Source of the DNA: Pelovirga sp.
GTDB lineage: Bacteria; Desulfobacterota; Desulfuromonadia; Desulfuromonadales; Geopsychrobacteraceae
DNA: 64,000 nt
NCBI GenBank assembly: GCA_046482365.1
Contig: JAWOFG010000182.1
Coordinates: 49,878 to 113,877 of the forward strand
Direction of reading: 5' to 3'
Shown here: in pieces, positions 1 through 9,554 of the stretch
Layout: each line of letters starts with the position of its first letter
How positions within the stretch are numbered: position 1 is the first letter of the stretch
The notes under the pieces: generated by a model
Seen by the model: only the letters and a program-made list of their open reading frames with translations
What the model was told of the DNA's origin: nothing
Database searches by the model: none
Made by a program: the position numbers and the translations under genes

Positions 1-653
1 CCTTGTCATCAACCAGTTTCGGGTCGAGGTCAAGACCTTCGGCTTTGACCAGTTCGCGCAGTTGTTCACGAGTTTTATTTTTCTTGAGCAGGGTGCGGGC
101 GGTGACATTATCGATGCCCGGGGTTACCGAAACATTTACCTGTAAGGCCGTACGTTTGGCCTCATCTTTTTTTCCTGCTGCGCGCTGGGTGCCGGAGCAC
201 GGGCCAATAAAGCGCAAACCGGCATTTTCCAGGGCTGCAACAAACTCATCATCCTCCGCCATAAAGCCGTAGCCGGCAAAGACCGAGTCGTAGCCATTGT
301 CTCTGGCAATACTGATGATCTGCTGGATTCTTTCAATGCGCTCTTCCTTGGAGGCACCAGTATAGTCAGGTACCCGATGAACCCTTCTGGTGTCAGTCAG
401 TTGGCGCAATTCCGGGGAGAGGGCGCTCGGGTAGACAATGGAATCTTTTTCCGACAACAGGATGCCGTAGTGACTGATCCCCATCTCTTCGTAAACGTCC
501 ATCGCTTCTTTGCGGATCGGTCCACGACAGACAATCAGGGGCTTAAGTTCTTCGCAAGAAAAAGAACTGATCCATTTCGATGGGGATTTGCTGAGACGGC
601 GATCCTTGTGGATCAGGGGGTTGTTAAAGTACAGGTTGGTATTTTGTTGCATG
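1..653 (-). CDS. Biotin carboxylase (ATP-grasp carboxylase subunit), N-terminal part; partial, runs off the left edge
   Basis: Absent from the ORF track because no stop lies inside the window. Reading the minus strand from ATG 653-651 (GGAGA RBS upstream) gives MQQNTNLYFNNPLIHKD...LKPLIVCRGPIRKEAMDVYEEMGISHYGILLSEKD...VFAGYGFMAEDDEFVAALENAGLRFIGP..., open to position 1. This is the pattern of a biotin-carboxylase N-terminal domain. It lies directly downstream of a carboxyltransferase gene. Confidence 0.75.
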
Positions 654-717
654 AGTTTTATCTCCAATTTTCATGTGATGAAAAATAGCACTCAACAGGT
701 TCAAATGGCGGACAGGG

Positions 718-2451
718 TCAATGGAACTCGCGCTGGACACCCTGCCAGGCCGAAGGCTTGTAGTGACGCAGGAAAAAATTGAGGTTTTCCCCCAGAGCCT
801 TGCGCAGGTCGGTCGGCATGACCAGCGAGGAAATGGAGCCGAGCGCCAGGCCTTCCTTCGGATTCATCAGTTCTTTTTCGTAACGCTGATTCAGCGCTGT
901 TTCTTCTGATCTTAACCACTCGGCTGCTTCTTTTTCGGCATCCTTTTTGGCATCAGCACCGTCAAGGCCGGCTTTGATGCGCTCGGCTACTCCTTGCGCG
1001 ATGCGCGCCTTGATTGAACTACGCAGCTTGCGCAGTTCATCTTTGTAGACAAACTCTTTGCCGGCCGGTCCCATAACTGCCAGGCGGGTGGTCGGCAATG
1101 CCAGCACCAGGTCGGCGCCGGTCGGGTAGTTGTTATAGGAGGCATAGGCACCACCAAAGGCATTGCGCAGGATCAGCAGGATCCGGGGGGTACGGACATC
1201 GACAATGGAATCAAGCATGGAACGACCGGCCTGGACAATGCCGCGGGCTTCCTGCTCGCGTCCGGGGAGAAAACCGGTGGTGTCTTCCATGAAAATCAAC
1301 GGAATATTGTAGATGTTGCAGAAACGCACAAAGCGGGCAATTTTCAAGGCCGAGTCACAGTCAATCTGACCGGAGGAAACGGCTGAGTTGTTCGCCACGA
1401 AACCAACGACATTACCGCCCAGGCGGCCGAAGGCAGTGATGGCCTCCCGTGAACGGGTTGGCTGGATTTCAAAATAATCACCATGGTCACAGATCTGTTG
1501 GATGACGATGGAAACATCGAACGGCGTATTGAAGCCGGTGGGGGAATTAAAGGCTTTTTTCAGCAGGGTGTTGACCTCCCAGGTTTTGCGATCAAGGGGA
1601 TCGCTGGTTTCCTGGAAGGGAGCCATGCTGTGATTGTTGTCGGGAATATAGCTGAGTAGCCGAATCGCAGTACGCAGGGCGGCCATTTCATCGGAAACGG
1701 TCAGATCAGTCACTCCGGACGCAGCATGAACCTTGGGCCCGCCCAGATCCTCGGGGCTGATATCCTCACCGAGAACCGATTTGACAACCCCGGGCCCGGT
1801 CAGGCCGAAGAAGGTGTCTTCCGGTTGGATGAGGAAACTGCCCTGGCGCGGCAGATAGGAGCCCCCACCGGCATTAAAACCGAACATACACATGATGGTT
1901 GGGATCACGCCACTGATCTTGCGCAGGGCGGTAAAGGCTTCGGCATAGCCATCAAGGCCACCAACGCCGGCTGGTACGAAGGCGCCGGCAGAGTCGTTCA
2001 TGCCAATCAGCGGAATTCCTTTTTCGCCCGCCATGTACATCAATCGCGCCAGTTTCTGGCCGTTGGTAGCGTCGATAGACCCGGCACGGACGGTGAAATC
2101 GTGTCCATAGATGGCAACGTCACGGCCTTTAATGTTGAGAATGCCGGTGACCAGAGAGGCGCCGTCGAGGTTCTTGCCCCAGTTTTGAAAGAGAATATTG
2201 GGCTCGTGGCTGGTTAAAAAGTTGATCCGCTCCCAGACCGTCATGCGTTTTTTGAAGTGTTGCTTTTCGATCTGGGCGACACTGACGGACTTGATCGGGC
2301 GTTCAACCAGCTCGTAGCCTTCACGCATGACCTCTTCATACGCACCTGCTTTGCCGGCAATTTCTCCCGGGATATTGAATTCGACCTGTTGTTTCTCAGC
2401 GAGAGGGTTTTGCAATGAGGGTTTGATTTTGTTGTTTGACATCGTTGGCAT
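718..2451 (-). CDS. Acyl-CoA carboxylase carboxyltransferase (beta) subunit, PccB/methylmalonyl-CoA carboxyltransferase family
   Basis: The 596-aa ORF 718-2508 has carboxyl-transferase domain character throughout ([25 protein letters not shown]). The start was trimmed to ATG 2451 or 2442, which follow an AAGGGA RBS. It is co-oriented with the downstream biotin carboxylase. Confidence 0.9.
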   Translation of the reverse strand: MPTMSNNKIKPSLQNPLAEKQQVEFNIPGEIAGKAGAYEEVMREGYELVERPIKSVSVAQIEKQHFKKRMTVWERINFLTSHEPNILFQNWGKNLDGASLVTGILNIKGRDVAIYGHDFTVRAGSIDATNGQKLARLMYMAGEKGIPLIGMNDSAGAFVPAGVGGLDGYAEAFTALRKISGVIPTIMCMFGFNAGGGSYLPRQGSFLIQPEDTFFGLTGPGVVKSVLGEDISPEDLGGPKVHAASGVTDLTVSDEMAALRTAIRLLSYIPDNNHSMAPFQETSDPLDRKTWEVNTLLKKAFNSPTGFNTPFDVSIVIQQICDHGDYFEIQPTRSREAITAFGRLGGNVVGFVANNSAVSSGQIDCDSALKIARFVRFCNIYNIPLIFMEDTTGFLPGREQEARGIVQAGRSMLDSIVDVRTPRILLILRNAFGGAYASYNNYPTGADLVLALPTTRLAVMGPAGKEFVYKDELRKLRSSIKARIAQGVAERIKAGLDGADAKKDAEKEAAEWLRSEETALNQRYEKELMNPKEGLALGSISSLVMPTDLRKALGENLNFFLRHYKPSAWQGVQREFH

Positions 2452-2609
2452 CCCTTTACAAAAGTTTTGAGTCGATTGTCTGATGTCGGTGTAGTTCAAA
2501 GACATCAAAAAAAACTAGAGCACTAAAAAGCTGATCGCGTGGTTCATGGGAAATAAGGTTTTCTTGATTTGCCCTCAAGATGGCTAGCGGGACAAATCAG
2601 TTTGGTTTT

Positions 2610-2642
2610 CCAATAAAACATAAAACGCTGTTTTTTACAGCG
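2610..2642 (-). terminator. Candidate intrinsic terminator downstream of ygiQ
   Basis: On the minus strand the sequence is CGCTGT-AAAAA-ACAGCG followed by TTTTATGTTTTATT. The stem is only 6 bp and it lies about 160 nt past the stop codon. Confidence 0.4.
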
Positions 2643-2804
2643 CTAACAAACAAAAAATAGGGCAAATTGTCAAGGATAATTTTACTTAGGGTAAAAAATT
2701 ACAGAATTTGTTTATCACGATTTGAATCTTTTTGTAATGTCGTTTGACTGCAGCAAGACCGGGTTTTATAAATGACAGGAAGAAGTTAAAAGCATCAAGG
2801 GGTG

Positions 2805-4637
2805 TCATTTCCGGTTTTTTTCAGGCCTCTTAGTTACCTTGCGCGCTTTGTGAGAACCAAGCAGCAGTGACAGCAGATCTGTGCGTTTACATAAACGCAA
2901 AGCCTCCTCAATATCTTGATGGGATTCCGGCAGGTGATAAAGGAGCAGCGACTTCTGTAGTCTTTTTTCTTTTGCTGTGCGTGTGACCGGTACGCGACTG
3001 CCACTAAAAGGATCGCTCCCGGTGTAATAAATACAGGTCGACAGGGTGCCTGGAGTCGGGGTGAAATCCTGTACCTGTTCAACCTTAAGTTGATGTTGTT
3101 TGAGATATAAGGCCACCTCAATCATGTCATTCAGAGTGCAGCCGGGATGGCCACTGATCAGGTAGGGAACGATACCGGGAAAACGACCCTTGTCACGACA
3201 GCGCTGCCGATAATCATCTAGAAAGGCGGTGAATATTGCCGCCCCAGGTTTATGCATGACCCGGCTGACGGCATCACTGAAGGTCTCGGGGGCCACCTTG
3301 AGTAATCCGCTGATGTGATAATCCAGCAGGGCATCATAATACTCGGGCTGCAACGGCAGCAGGTCGTAGCGGATACCTGAGGCAACAAAAACGTGCTTGA
3401 CCTTTTGGTGGTCGCGCACCAGTTGCAGTAACTGGCGGTTAGCACGGTTGTCAATCTGCAGATGGCGGCAGCGTTCAGGATACAGACAGCTGCTGCGGCG
3501 ACAGATGCGTTCCTGGGCGGGGTTGCCGCAAGCCAGACCATACATGTTAGCTGTTGGTCCGCCGACATCGCTGATGGTACCGTTAAAATCCGGCTGTGTA
3601 CTAATCGCATCGACCTCCCTGGCAATAGAGGCAAGCGAGCGTGACTGGATCCGTTTCCCCTGGTGGGAGGCGATAGCGCAGAAGGCACAGCCACCAAAAC
3701 AGCCACGATGGCTGGTAATTGAATGACGAATCTGCAAGTAGGCGGGGATGGACTCGCGATAAACGGGATGGGGCTGGCGAGTAAAGGGAAGGGCGTAGAT
3801 CCGGTCCATCTCCTCTTCGCTTAACGGCAAAGCGGGGGGAAGGATAACCAGTTGGCGGTTGCCGTGGGGCTGGATCAGAGTTTTGGCTAAAAACGGATTG
3901 GACTGTTCTGCTGCCAGCCGAAAAGCGCGATTGTACATCTGGGTGTCAGCGTTTATCTGCTCAAAGCTCGGTAACATCGAGTGCTCTTGTAAGGGATCTT
4001 CTTTGCCGGACAGATATGCCGTTCCTCTAATATTGCGCAACGCAGAGATGTTTTCTCCGCGATCGAGTCGTTGGGTTACCTCAAGGATGGCGGTTTCCGC
4101 CATCCCGTAAATAAGCAGATCGGCCTTGCTGTCGACTAGTATTGAGCGCCTGACCCGATCTGACCAGTAATCGTAATGGGCCAGCCGGCGTAAACTCGCT
4201 TCAATCCCACCGATGACCGTAGCCACCCCTTTGAAAACCCCTTTAACTGCGGCGGTATAGGCAATGGTGGCGCGATCAGGTCGTAGTCCTGACTTCCCTC
4301 CTGGGGTATAGGCATCACTGCGGCGGATTTTTTTGGCCGCCGTATAATGGTTGACCATGGAATCCATGGCGCCGGCGGAGATAGCAGCAAAAAGTCGGGG
4401 TCGTCCCATTCGCTGAAGATCTAGCGGTTGCTTGATGTCCGGCTGGGCAATCACACCAACCCGATAACCTGCTGCTACGAGCAAGCGTGCCAACAAGGGA
4501 ACACCGAAGGCCGGGTGATCTACATAGGCATCGCCACTGATAAACAACACATCAAGTTGTTCCCAGCCGCGTCTGGACATCTCCTCGCGGCAGGTTGGCA
4601 AAGGCTCTGAATCATGTCTTAGGGGATTGATAACCAT
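2805..4637 (-). CDS. ygiQ: YgiQ-family radical SAM protein (UPF0313)
   Basis: Shows the N-terminal pattern LPTCREEMSRRGWEQLDVLFISGDAYVDHPAFG typical of YgiQ and the radical SAM cluster motif CFGGCAFC. The start was chosen at MVINPL (4637) rather than the upstream ATG at 4703. Confidence 0.9.
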   Translation of the reverse strand: MVINPLRHDSEPLPTCREEMSRRGWEQLDVLFISGDAYVDHPAFGVPLLARLLVAAGYRVGVIAQPDIKQPLDLQRMGRPRLFAAISAGAMDSMVNHYTAAKKIRRSDAYTPGGKSGLRPDRATIAYTAAVKGVFKGVATVIGGIEASLRRLAHYDYWSDRVRRSILVDSKADLLIYGMAETAILEVTQRLDRGENISALRNIRGTAYLSGKEDPLQEHSMLPSFEQINADTQMYNRAFRLAAEQSNPFLAKTLIQPHGNRQLVILPPALPLSEEEMDRIYALPFTRQPHPVYRESIPAYLQIRHSITSHRGCFGGCAFCAIASHQGKRIQSRSLASIAREVDAISTQPDFNGTISDVGGPTANMYGLACGNPAQERICRRSSCLYPERCRHLQIDNRANRQLLQLVRDHQKVKHVFVASGIRYDLLPLQPEYYDALLDYHISGLLKVAPETFSDAVSRVMHKPGAAIFTAFLDDYRQRCRDKGRFPGIVPYLISGHPGCTLNDMIEVALYLKQHQLKVEQVQDFTPTPGTLSTCIYYTGSDPFSGSRVPVTRTAKEKRLQKSLLLYHLPESHQDIEEALRLCKRTDLLSLLLGSHKARKVTKRPEKNRK

Positions 4638-4929
4638 CGTAGAATGCTGACCTTTTAGCTGTGGTTCATTGTATGAAAAAAACTTCCATATCGATAAAAA
4701 CAATCAAGAATTACCACAAGTTACTAATGTCGCGATTTTGTCGATCAGGGCAATATTTTACTTGACTCGATTACAGCTGGACTGTAAATATTACCATATT
4801 TGTTATCATTTTGCAGCTCAAACTCTTTCATGATTTTTTCGTTGGTTAGAGTGAAGAGCGGTTGTAGTCTATGGATATCACATCAGCGCTGGTGCTAGTG
4901 AGCGTAAACATTAACTGCGGGAGGTAATT

Positions 4930-6465
4930 GTGATTGAGACGATCGATGTGGGTACGGTGAACTGGGCCCGTGCCACCTTCACCCTGACAGCCATGTATCA
5001 CTGGATATTTGTACCGCTGACCCTTGGGTTGTCTTTTTTGTGCGCATTTTTTGAGTCCATTTATGTCCGTACCCAGAATCCTGAATGGAAACGTCTGACC
5101 AAATTCTGGATGACCCTGTTTGCGATTAATTTTGTCATCGGGGTCGCCACCGGCATTATCATGGAGTTCGAGTTTGGAACTCACTGGGCCAATTATTCAT
5201 GGATGGTCGGCGACGTTTTCGGCGCGCCCCTGGCCATTGAGGGGATCGTCGCTTTTTTTCTGGAGGCTACCTTTGTGGCCGTGATGCTGTTCGGCTGGAA
5301 TCGGGTCTCCCAACGGTTGCACCTGTTTTCAACCTGGATGGTGGCGATCGGGGCAAGCTTGTCAGCACTCTGGATTCTGGTGGCCAATGGCTGGATGCAG
5401 GCTCCGGTTGGTATGGTGTTCAACCCGGATAGCGCGCGCTTCGAAATGGAAAACCTCTGGTCGATCATTTCATCGCCGGTGGCAATAAGTCACTTCGCTC
5501 ATGCTACCAGCTCGGGATTTCTACTTGCTTCATTGTTTGTCATTGGTATTTCCAGTTTCTTCCTGCTGAAAAAACGTCATATTCAGTTTGCCAAGCGGTC
5601 GATTGTGGTGGCCTGCGTCTTTGGCCTGTTCAGCTCGCTGTTTGTTGCCTTTACCGGTGATGAGCACGCTTACCTTACGGCCCGTGAGCAGCCGCTGAAG
5701 CTGGCGGCGATGGAAGCCCTGTATGAAGGGATGACACCGTCCGGGTTGATAGCGGTTGGATTGATGCGTCCCGGGGTAGCGCCGGGCAGCGACGAAGATC
5801 CCTTTTATTTCAAGATCGAGATTCCGGGGATGCTTTCCTTTTTAGCTAACCGTCGTCTTGGCACTTTTGTTCCGGGGATCAATGACCTTGTTTATGGTAA
5901 TGACGAGTATAACCTGTTAAGTGTTGAGACGAAAATTGATCGCGGTAAAACCGCAGTCGCCAGCCTGGCCGACTATAAACAGGCAAAAAAGAGTGGTGAT
6001 GAAACCTCTGCCGGTGCCGCGCTGGCCGAATTTGAACAGCACCGTGATTACCTTGGCTACGGTTATCTGGAGTCCCCGGAGCAGGCGGTGCCGCCGGTTT
6101 GGATTACTTTCTACGCCTTTCGTGTCATGGTTGGCTTGGGTACCTTTTTTATCCTGCTGTTTCTGGTCTACCTCTATCTGCTGGAAAAAAAGCAGCTTGA
6201 GAATCGTCCACTGGTTCTCAAGGTTGGTTTCCTTTCGATATTTCTGGCCCATATCGCATCTCAGGCCGGCTGGCTGGTCACTGAGGTCGGGCGCCAGCCC
6301 TGGGCAATTCAAGGTTTGCTGCCGGTCAACATCGCCACATCACATCTTGATACCACCACCGTCGCCATATCGTTTTTTCTGTTTCTTGCCATCTTTACCG
6401 TTCTGCTTATCGCTGCGGTTAAAATTATGGCCAAACAGATTTCCCTTGGACCGGAAGGAGAGTAA
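4930..6465 (+). CDS. cydA: Cytochrome bd ubiquinol oxidase subunit I
   Basis: GTG start after a GGGAGG RBS. The N-terminus VNWARATFTLTAMYHWIFVPLTLGLS, the multi-TM profile and the Q-loop region match CydA. cydB follows 2 nt later. Confidence 0.95.
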   Translation: MIETIDVGTVNWARATFTLTAMYHWIFVPLTLGLSFLCAFFESIYVRTQNPEWKRLTKFWMTLFAINFVIGVATGIIMEFEFGTHWANYSWMVGDVFGAPLAIEGIVAFFLEATFVAVMLFGWNRVSQRLHLFSTWMVAIGASLSALWILVANGWMQAPVGMVFNPDSARFEMENLWSIISSPVAISHFAHATSSGFLLASLFVIGISSFFLLKKRHIQFAKRSIVVACVFGLFSSLFVAFTGDEHAYLTAREQPLKLAAMEALYEGMTPSGLIAVGLMRPGVAPGSDEDPFYFKIEIPGMLSFLANRRLGTFVPGINDLVYGNDEYNLLSVETKIDRGKTAVASLADYKQAKKSGDETSAGAALAEFEQHRDYLGYGYLESPEQAVPPVWITFYAFRVMVGLGTFFILLFLVYLYLLEKKQLENRPLVLKVGFLSIFLAHIASQAGWLVTEVGRQPWAIQGLLPVNIATSHLDTTTVAISFFLFLAIFTVLLIAAVKIMAKQISLGPEGE

Positions 6466-6467
6466 CT

Positions 6468-7598
6468 ATGTTTGGGAGTCTTGAATGGTCTACTTTGCAG
6501 CAGTTCTGGTGGCTCATCGTTTCTGTAGTGGGCTCGTTGTTTGTTCTTTTAACCTTTGTCCAGGGGGGGCAGACCCTGATTCTGACGGTACCAAAGTCTG
6601 AGACGGAAAAATCCCTGATGATTAATTCCCTTGGGCGCAAATGGGAGTTGACGTTTACCACTCTGGTTTTGTTCGGTGGTGCTTTTTATGCATCTTTCCC
6701 GCTTTTTTACGCGACCAGTTTTGGCGGCGCCTTCTGGGTCTGGCTGGCGATCCTGTTCACGTTCATTGTTCAGGCGGTCAGTTACGAATACCGGCGTAAA
6801 CCAAACAACTTTCTTGGTCAGAAAACCTTTGAAATGTTCTTGGTGATCAACGGCTCGATCGGGATTTTGCTTATCGGTGCCGCGATCGGGACCTTTTTCA
6901 CCGGGTCCAATTTTATTATCAATGATTACAATCTGTCCCGCTGGACCCATCCGCTGCGCGGGCTGGAAGCAGCATTCAGCTTATTCAACTTGAGTTTCGG
7001 CCTTTTCCTGGTGTTTCTGGCACGGACCCTGGGTGCCCTCTATCTGGCCAACAACCTTCAGCAGGAGCAACTGGTGCCGCGTTTAAAGGTCTCATCTTTT
7101 AATAACCTGCTCTGTGCGCTGCCATTTCTGCTCTATGTGTTGATCCGGCTGGTGACCATGGAGGGTTTTGCCGTTGATCCGCAGAGCGGCGAGGTGTTTA
7201 TGCAGTCCGGCAAGTACCTCAATAACCTCCTTGAATTTCCTGTTACCTTAGTCCTGTTGCTGGCCGGACTGGTGCTGGTCGTGGCTGGGGTAGCACTTAA
7301 CCGTTTTACTGCGTCGGTGCGCGGTATCTGGCCGGCTGGTCTGGGTACGGTAATGACCTGTCTAGCCGTGTTTTTTCTGGCGGGGTACAACAATACCGCA
7401 TTTTACCCATCAAAATATGACCTGGGCAGCAGTCTGACCATCTACAACGCTTCCAGCAGCCACTATACCCTGACGATGATGTCTTATGTCTCCTTATTGG
7501 TTCCTCTTGTGCTGGCTTACATCGCCTGGATATGGCGCCAGATGGATACGGAGAAGTTGACCGACGAAGAAATTGCTGCAGATAAAAAGAGTTATTAA
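6468..7598 (+). CDS. cydB: Cytochrome bd ubiquinol oxidase subunit II
   Basis: A 376-aa polytopic membrane protein immediately after cydA, with CydB-like length and hydrophobicity. Confidence 0.95.
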   Translation: MFGSLEWSTLQQFWWLIVSVVGSLFVLLTFVQGGQTLILTVPKSETEKSLMINSLGRKWELTFTTLVLFGGAFYASFPLFYATSFGGAFWVWLAILFTFIVQAVSYEYRRKPNNFLGQKTFEMFLVINGSIGILLIGAAIGTFFTGSNFIINDYNLSRWTHPLRGLEAAFSLFNLSFGLFLVFLARTLGALYLANNLQQEQLVPRLKVSSFNNLLCALPFLLYVLIRLVTMEGFAVDPQSGEVFMQSGKYLNNLLEFPVTLVLLLAGLVLVVAGVALNRFTASVRGIWPAGLGTVMTCLAVFFLAGYNNTAFYPSKYDLGSSLTIYNASSSHYTLTMMSYVSLLVPLVLAYIAWIWRQMDTEKLTDEEIAADKKSY

Positions 7599-7613
7599 AA
7601 GGAGATAAAAACG

Positions 7614-7700
7614 ATGTTACTGATGCTTTCCTGGATAGCCCTGATTGTTGTGTCGTACCTTGGTGCGGTGAGGTTGCTTAAGCGCTGGAACCTTCTTTAA
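7614..7700 (+). CDS. 28-aa single-TM peptide, candidate cytochrome bd accessory subunit (CydX/CydS-like by position)
   Basis: Too short for the ORF track. A strong RBS AAGGAGATAAAAACG precedes the ATG, 15 nt after the cydB stop. The peptide is MLLMLSWIALIVVSYLGAVRLLKRWNLL (hydrophobic helix plus basic tail) and is followed by a terminator hairpin. Confidence 0.45.
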   Translation: MLLMLSWIALIVVSYLGAVRLLKRWNLL

Positions 7701-7717
7701 ATTCACGATCAATAGAA

Positions 7718-7755
7718 GAGCTTCGCACCCGCCGTTTATAGTGGGTGCGAAGCTC
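7718..7755. terminator. Hairpin terminator between the convergent cyd operon and the hesB-like gene
   Basis: A 13-bp perfect stem GAGCTTCGCACCC / GGGTGCGAAGCTC with a 12-nt loop, sitting between two convergent gene ends. Confidence 0.7.
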
Positions 7756-7780
7756 GCGCTCTGCTTTGTCCTTTGTCGGA

Positions 7781-8068
7781 TCAGCAGCTTGCGCCGCTGG
7801 CGGCGCCGATGGAAAAGCCTTGACCGTATTCGTTATCGATGTAGTTGACCTGACGATCCTGAGTGAAGGGCAGGACCGACTCTTCGATCAACAAGTCAAT
7901 ATTGTTAATGGTGTGAATCTGCTGGTTTTCCTGTAGCTCATCCAGAGCCAACCCCAAACGGGGGCCACCTCAGCCAAAGCCTTCAAATACAATCCGCAGG
8001 TGTTTTTCCGGGTGCTCCTGCATCAGTTCCTTGATTTTGTCGCGGGCAACATCAGTTATTTTCAGCAA
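7781..8068 (-). CDS. HesB/IscA-like protein with in-frame UGA (candidate selenoprotein, Sec at codon 33)
   Basis: My own minus-strand translation from TTG 8068 (RBS AAAGGAGAG 5 nt upstream) gives LLKITDVARDKIKELMQEHPEKHLRIVFEGFG-U-GGPRLGLALDELQENQQIHTINNIDLLIEESVLPFTQDRQVNYIDNEYGQGFSIGAASGASC, stop at 7781-7783. The TGA at 7972-7970 sits where HesB/IscA proteins carry the first cluster-ligand Cys. The frame stays open and HesB-like on both sides of it. Confidence 0.7.
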
Positions 8069-8157
8069 ATCATCTCTCCTTTGGTGATCGTTGCAGGTTG
8101 TAAGGGTAAGTCTTCAGTTCGGGTAGCAAGGTGGTCACGCCACCTTCATTGTCAGCC

Positions 8158-8340
8158 TCAGGTGAAACCGGATCCACTACTTGGGCTACATGAACCGCCG
8201 GAAGTGCTGATCGCGGTGCGTGAGACCCTGCGTACTGCTGGTTTAGAACAGGCCGGGCAGCGGATGTCAGGCTGAGACCTTGTCTGAATTTTTTCTGTTA
8301 TTTTTCCACACTGCGGGCACTGGTACTCAAAAATCGGCAT
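8158..8340 (-). CDS. FmdB-family zinc-ribbon protein
   Basis: MPIFEYQCPQCGKITE...IRCPACSKP has the FmdB family signature with two CxxC pairs. A strong RBS AAGGAGGAG precedes the ATG. Confidence 0.85.
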   Translation of the reverse strand: MPIFEYQCPQCGKITEKIQTRSQPDIRCPACSKPAVRRVSRTAISTSGGSCSPSSGSGFT

Positions 8341-8418
8341 AGCTCCTCCTTGATGTCAATATACATATAAGTATATATATGGCTTTGTTGGTTTTCAAGC
8401 TTTTTTTTTGGATAGTTT

Positions 8419-8565
8419 GTATCTGTTCAGCACCGGGCCTTTGGATCCTATGTCAAGGGACGCTTTTCGTCATCCATGACCGCTTGTTGTCGCCGTCCAT
8501 AGCGACAAACACCGTTGCCACAGGATCCAAAGGCCCTGCGCGAAGGACAGCAGCTGAATAATTAC
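8419..8565. mobile_element. MITE-like structured repeat, copy A (147 nt), flanked by 8-bp direct repeat GATAGTTT
   Basis: About 85 percent identical to 62141-62284. The ends form imperfect terminal inverted repeats (GTATCTGTTCAGC ... GCTGAATAATTAC). GATAGTTT occurs at 8411-8418 and again at 8566-8573. No coding capacity is supported. Confidence 0.6.
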
Positions 8566-8701
8566 GATAGTTTTTTTGTTCGGGTCAAAGAAAGCAGGTA
8601 GCCCGATCGTTTTTTTCCGAAACCTCCAAATTCAACCATGGACGAAAAGCCATTTTGATATATACTAACGCCGTTTTATTATTTCTCACAGGGAGGTTGT
8701 T

Positions 8702-9478
8702 ATGACAGAAACACCGATTTTAAGCCGCGTAGAACATCACATCGGCTACATTACCCTCAATCGTCCGCAGGCCTTGAACACCTTCACCCCGGAATTTTCT
8801 GATCTGCTTGATCAGAGTTTATGGGCGATGGAGCGGGACGATGACGTTCGGGTCATTGTTGTTGAAGCAAAAGGAAAACATTTCAGTGTGGGAATTTCTC
8901 TTGAGGAGTTTCGCGGCAAGACGCCGCTAGAAGCTCGGCGATTTCTTCATCGGATTGATGCTTTTTACCATACCCTGAATCGTCTTAATAAGCCGACAAT
9001 AGCTGCCGTGCAGGGATATGCTGCGGCCAACGGAGCCGGGCTGTCTTTTGCCTGTGATATGACGGTTGCGACCGAAAGTGCCGTGTTCGGTACGACTGCT
9101 ATCAATGTCGGTCTAATCTGTCTGGGCCCGGCTGTGCCCCTGCTGCGTCTGGTCGGGCGCAAAAAGGCGATGGAAATGATTCTGACCGGTGAGACCCTGA
9201 GCGCGACTGAAGCACAACGGTTGGGGCTGGTCAATCGTGTAGTCGCTGACGATGCGCTGGCGGCTGAAACCCTGAAGCTGGCACAGACCCTGACCGCAAA
9301 AAGCCCGCTGGCCCTGCGGGCCGGTAAAGAAGGCTTGCGGCGCCTGCAGGATGTTCCTTATCACCAAGGCTTGGAAAATATGGATGACCTTTTTGCTGCG
9401 TTGACCACCTGCAGTGATGCTGAAGAGGGTATCAGTGCCTTTCTCGAAAAACGCTCTCCGCAATGGCAACAGTGCTAG
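8702..9478 (+). CDS. Enoyl-CoA hydratase/isomerase (crotonase) family protein
   Basis: A 258-aa protein with the crotonase-fold pattern (ITLNRPQALN, AAVQGYAAANGAGLSFACD, FLEKR). RBS GGGAGG. Confidence 0.9.
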   Translation: MTETPILSRVEHHIGYITLNRPQALNTFTPEFSDLLDQSLWAMERDDDVRVIVVEAKGKHFSVGISLEEFRGKTPLEARRFLHRIDAFYHTLNRLNKPTIAAVQGYAAANGAGLSFACDMTVATESAVFGTTAINVGLICLGPAVPLLRLVGRKKAMEMILTGETLSATEAQRLGLVNRVVADDALAAETLKLAQTLTAKSPLALRAGKEGLRRLQDVPYHQGLENMDDLFAALTTCSDAEEGISAFLEKRSPQWQQC

Positions 9479-9554
9479 CATGGCGAATAGTCAGATTAGA
9501 AGTCAGTGCCATGGCCGCACATTGATTGGATAACTCAAATACCCAGGAGCTGTT

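Noticed and set aside
8379-8561. 60-aa plus-strand ORF in the fmdB / crotonase intergenic region
   Set aside because: It lies almost entirely inside the structured repeat element and has no RBS. The homologous copy at 62141-62284 does not preserve the reading frame, so it is treated as non-coding.
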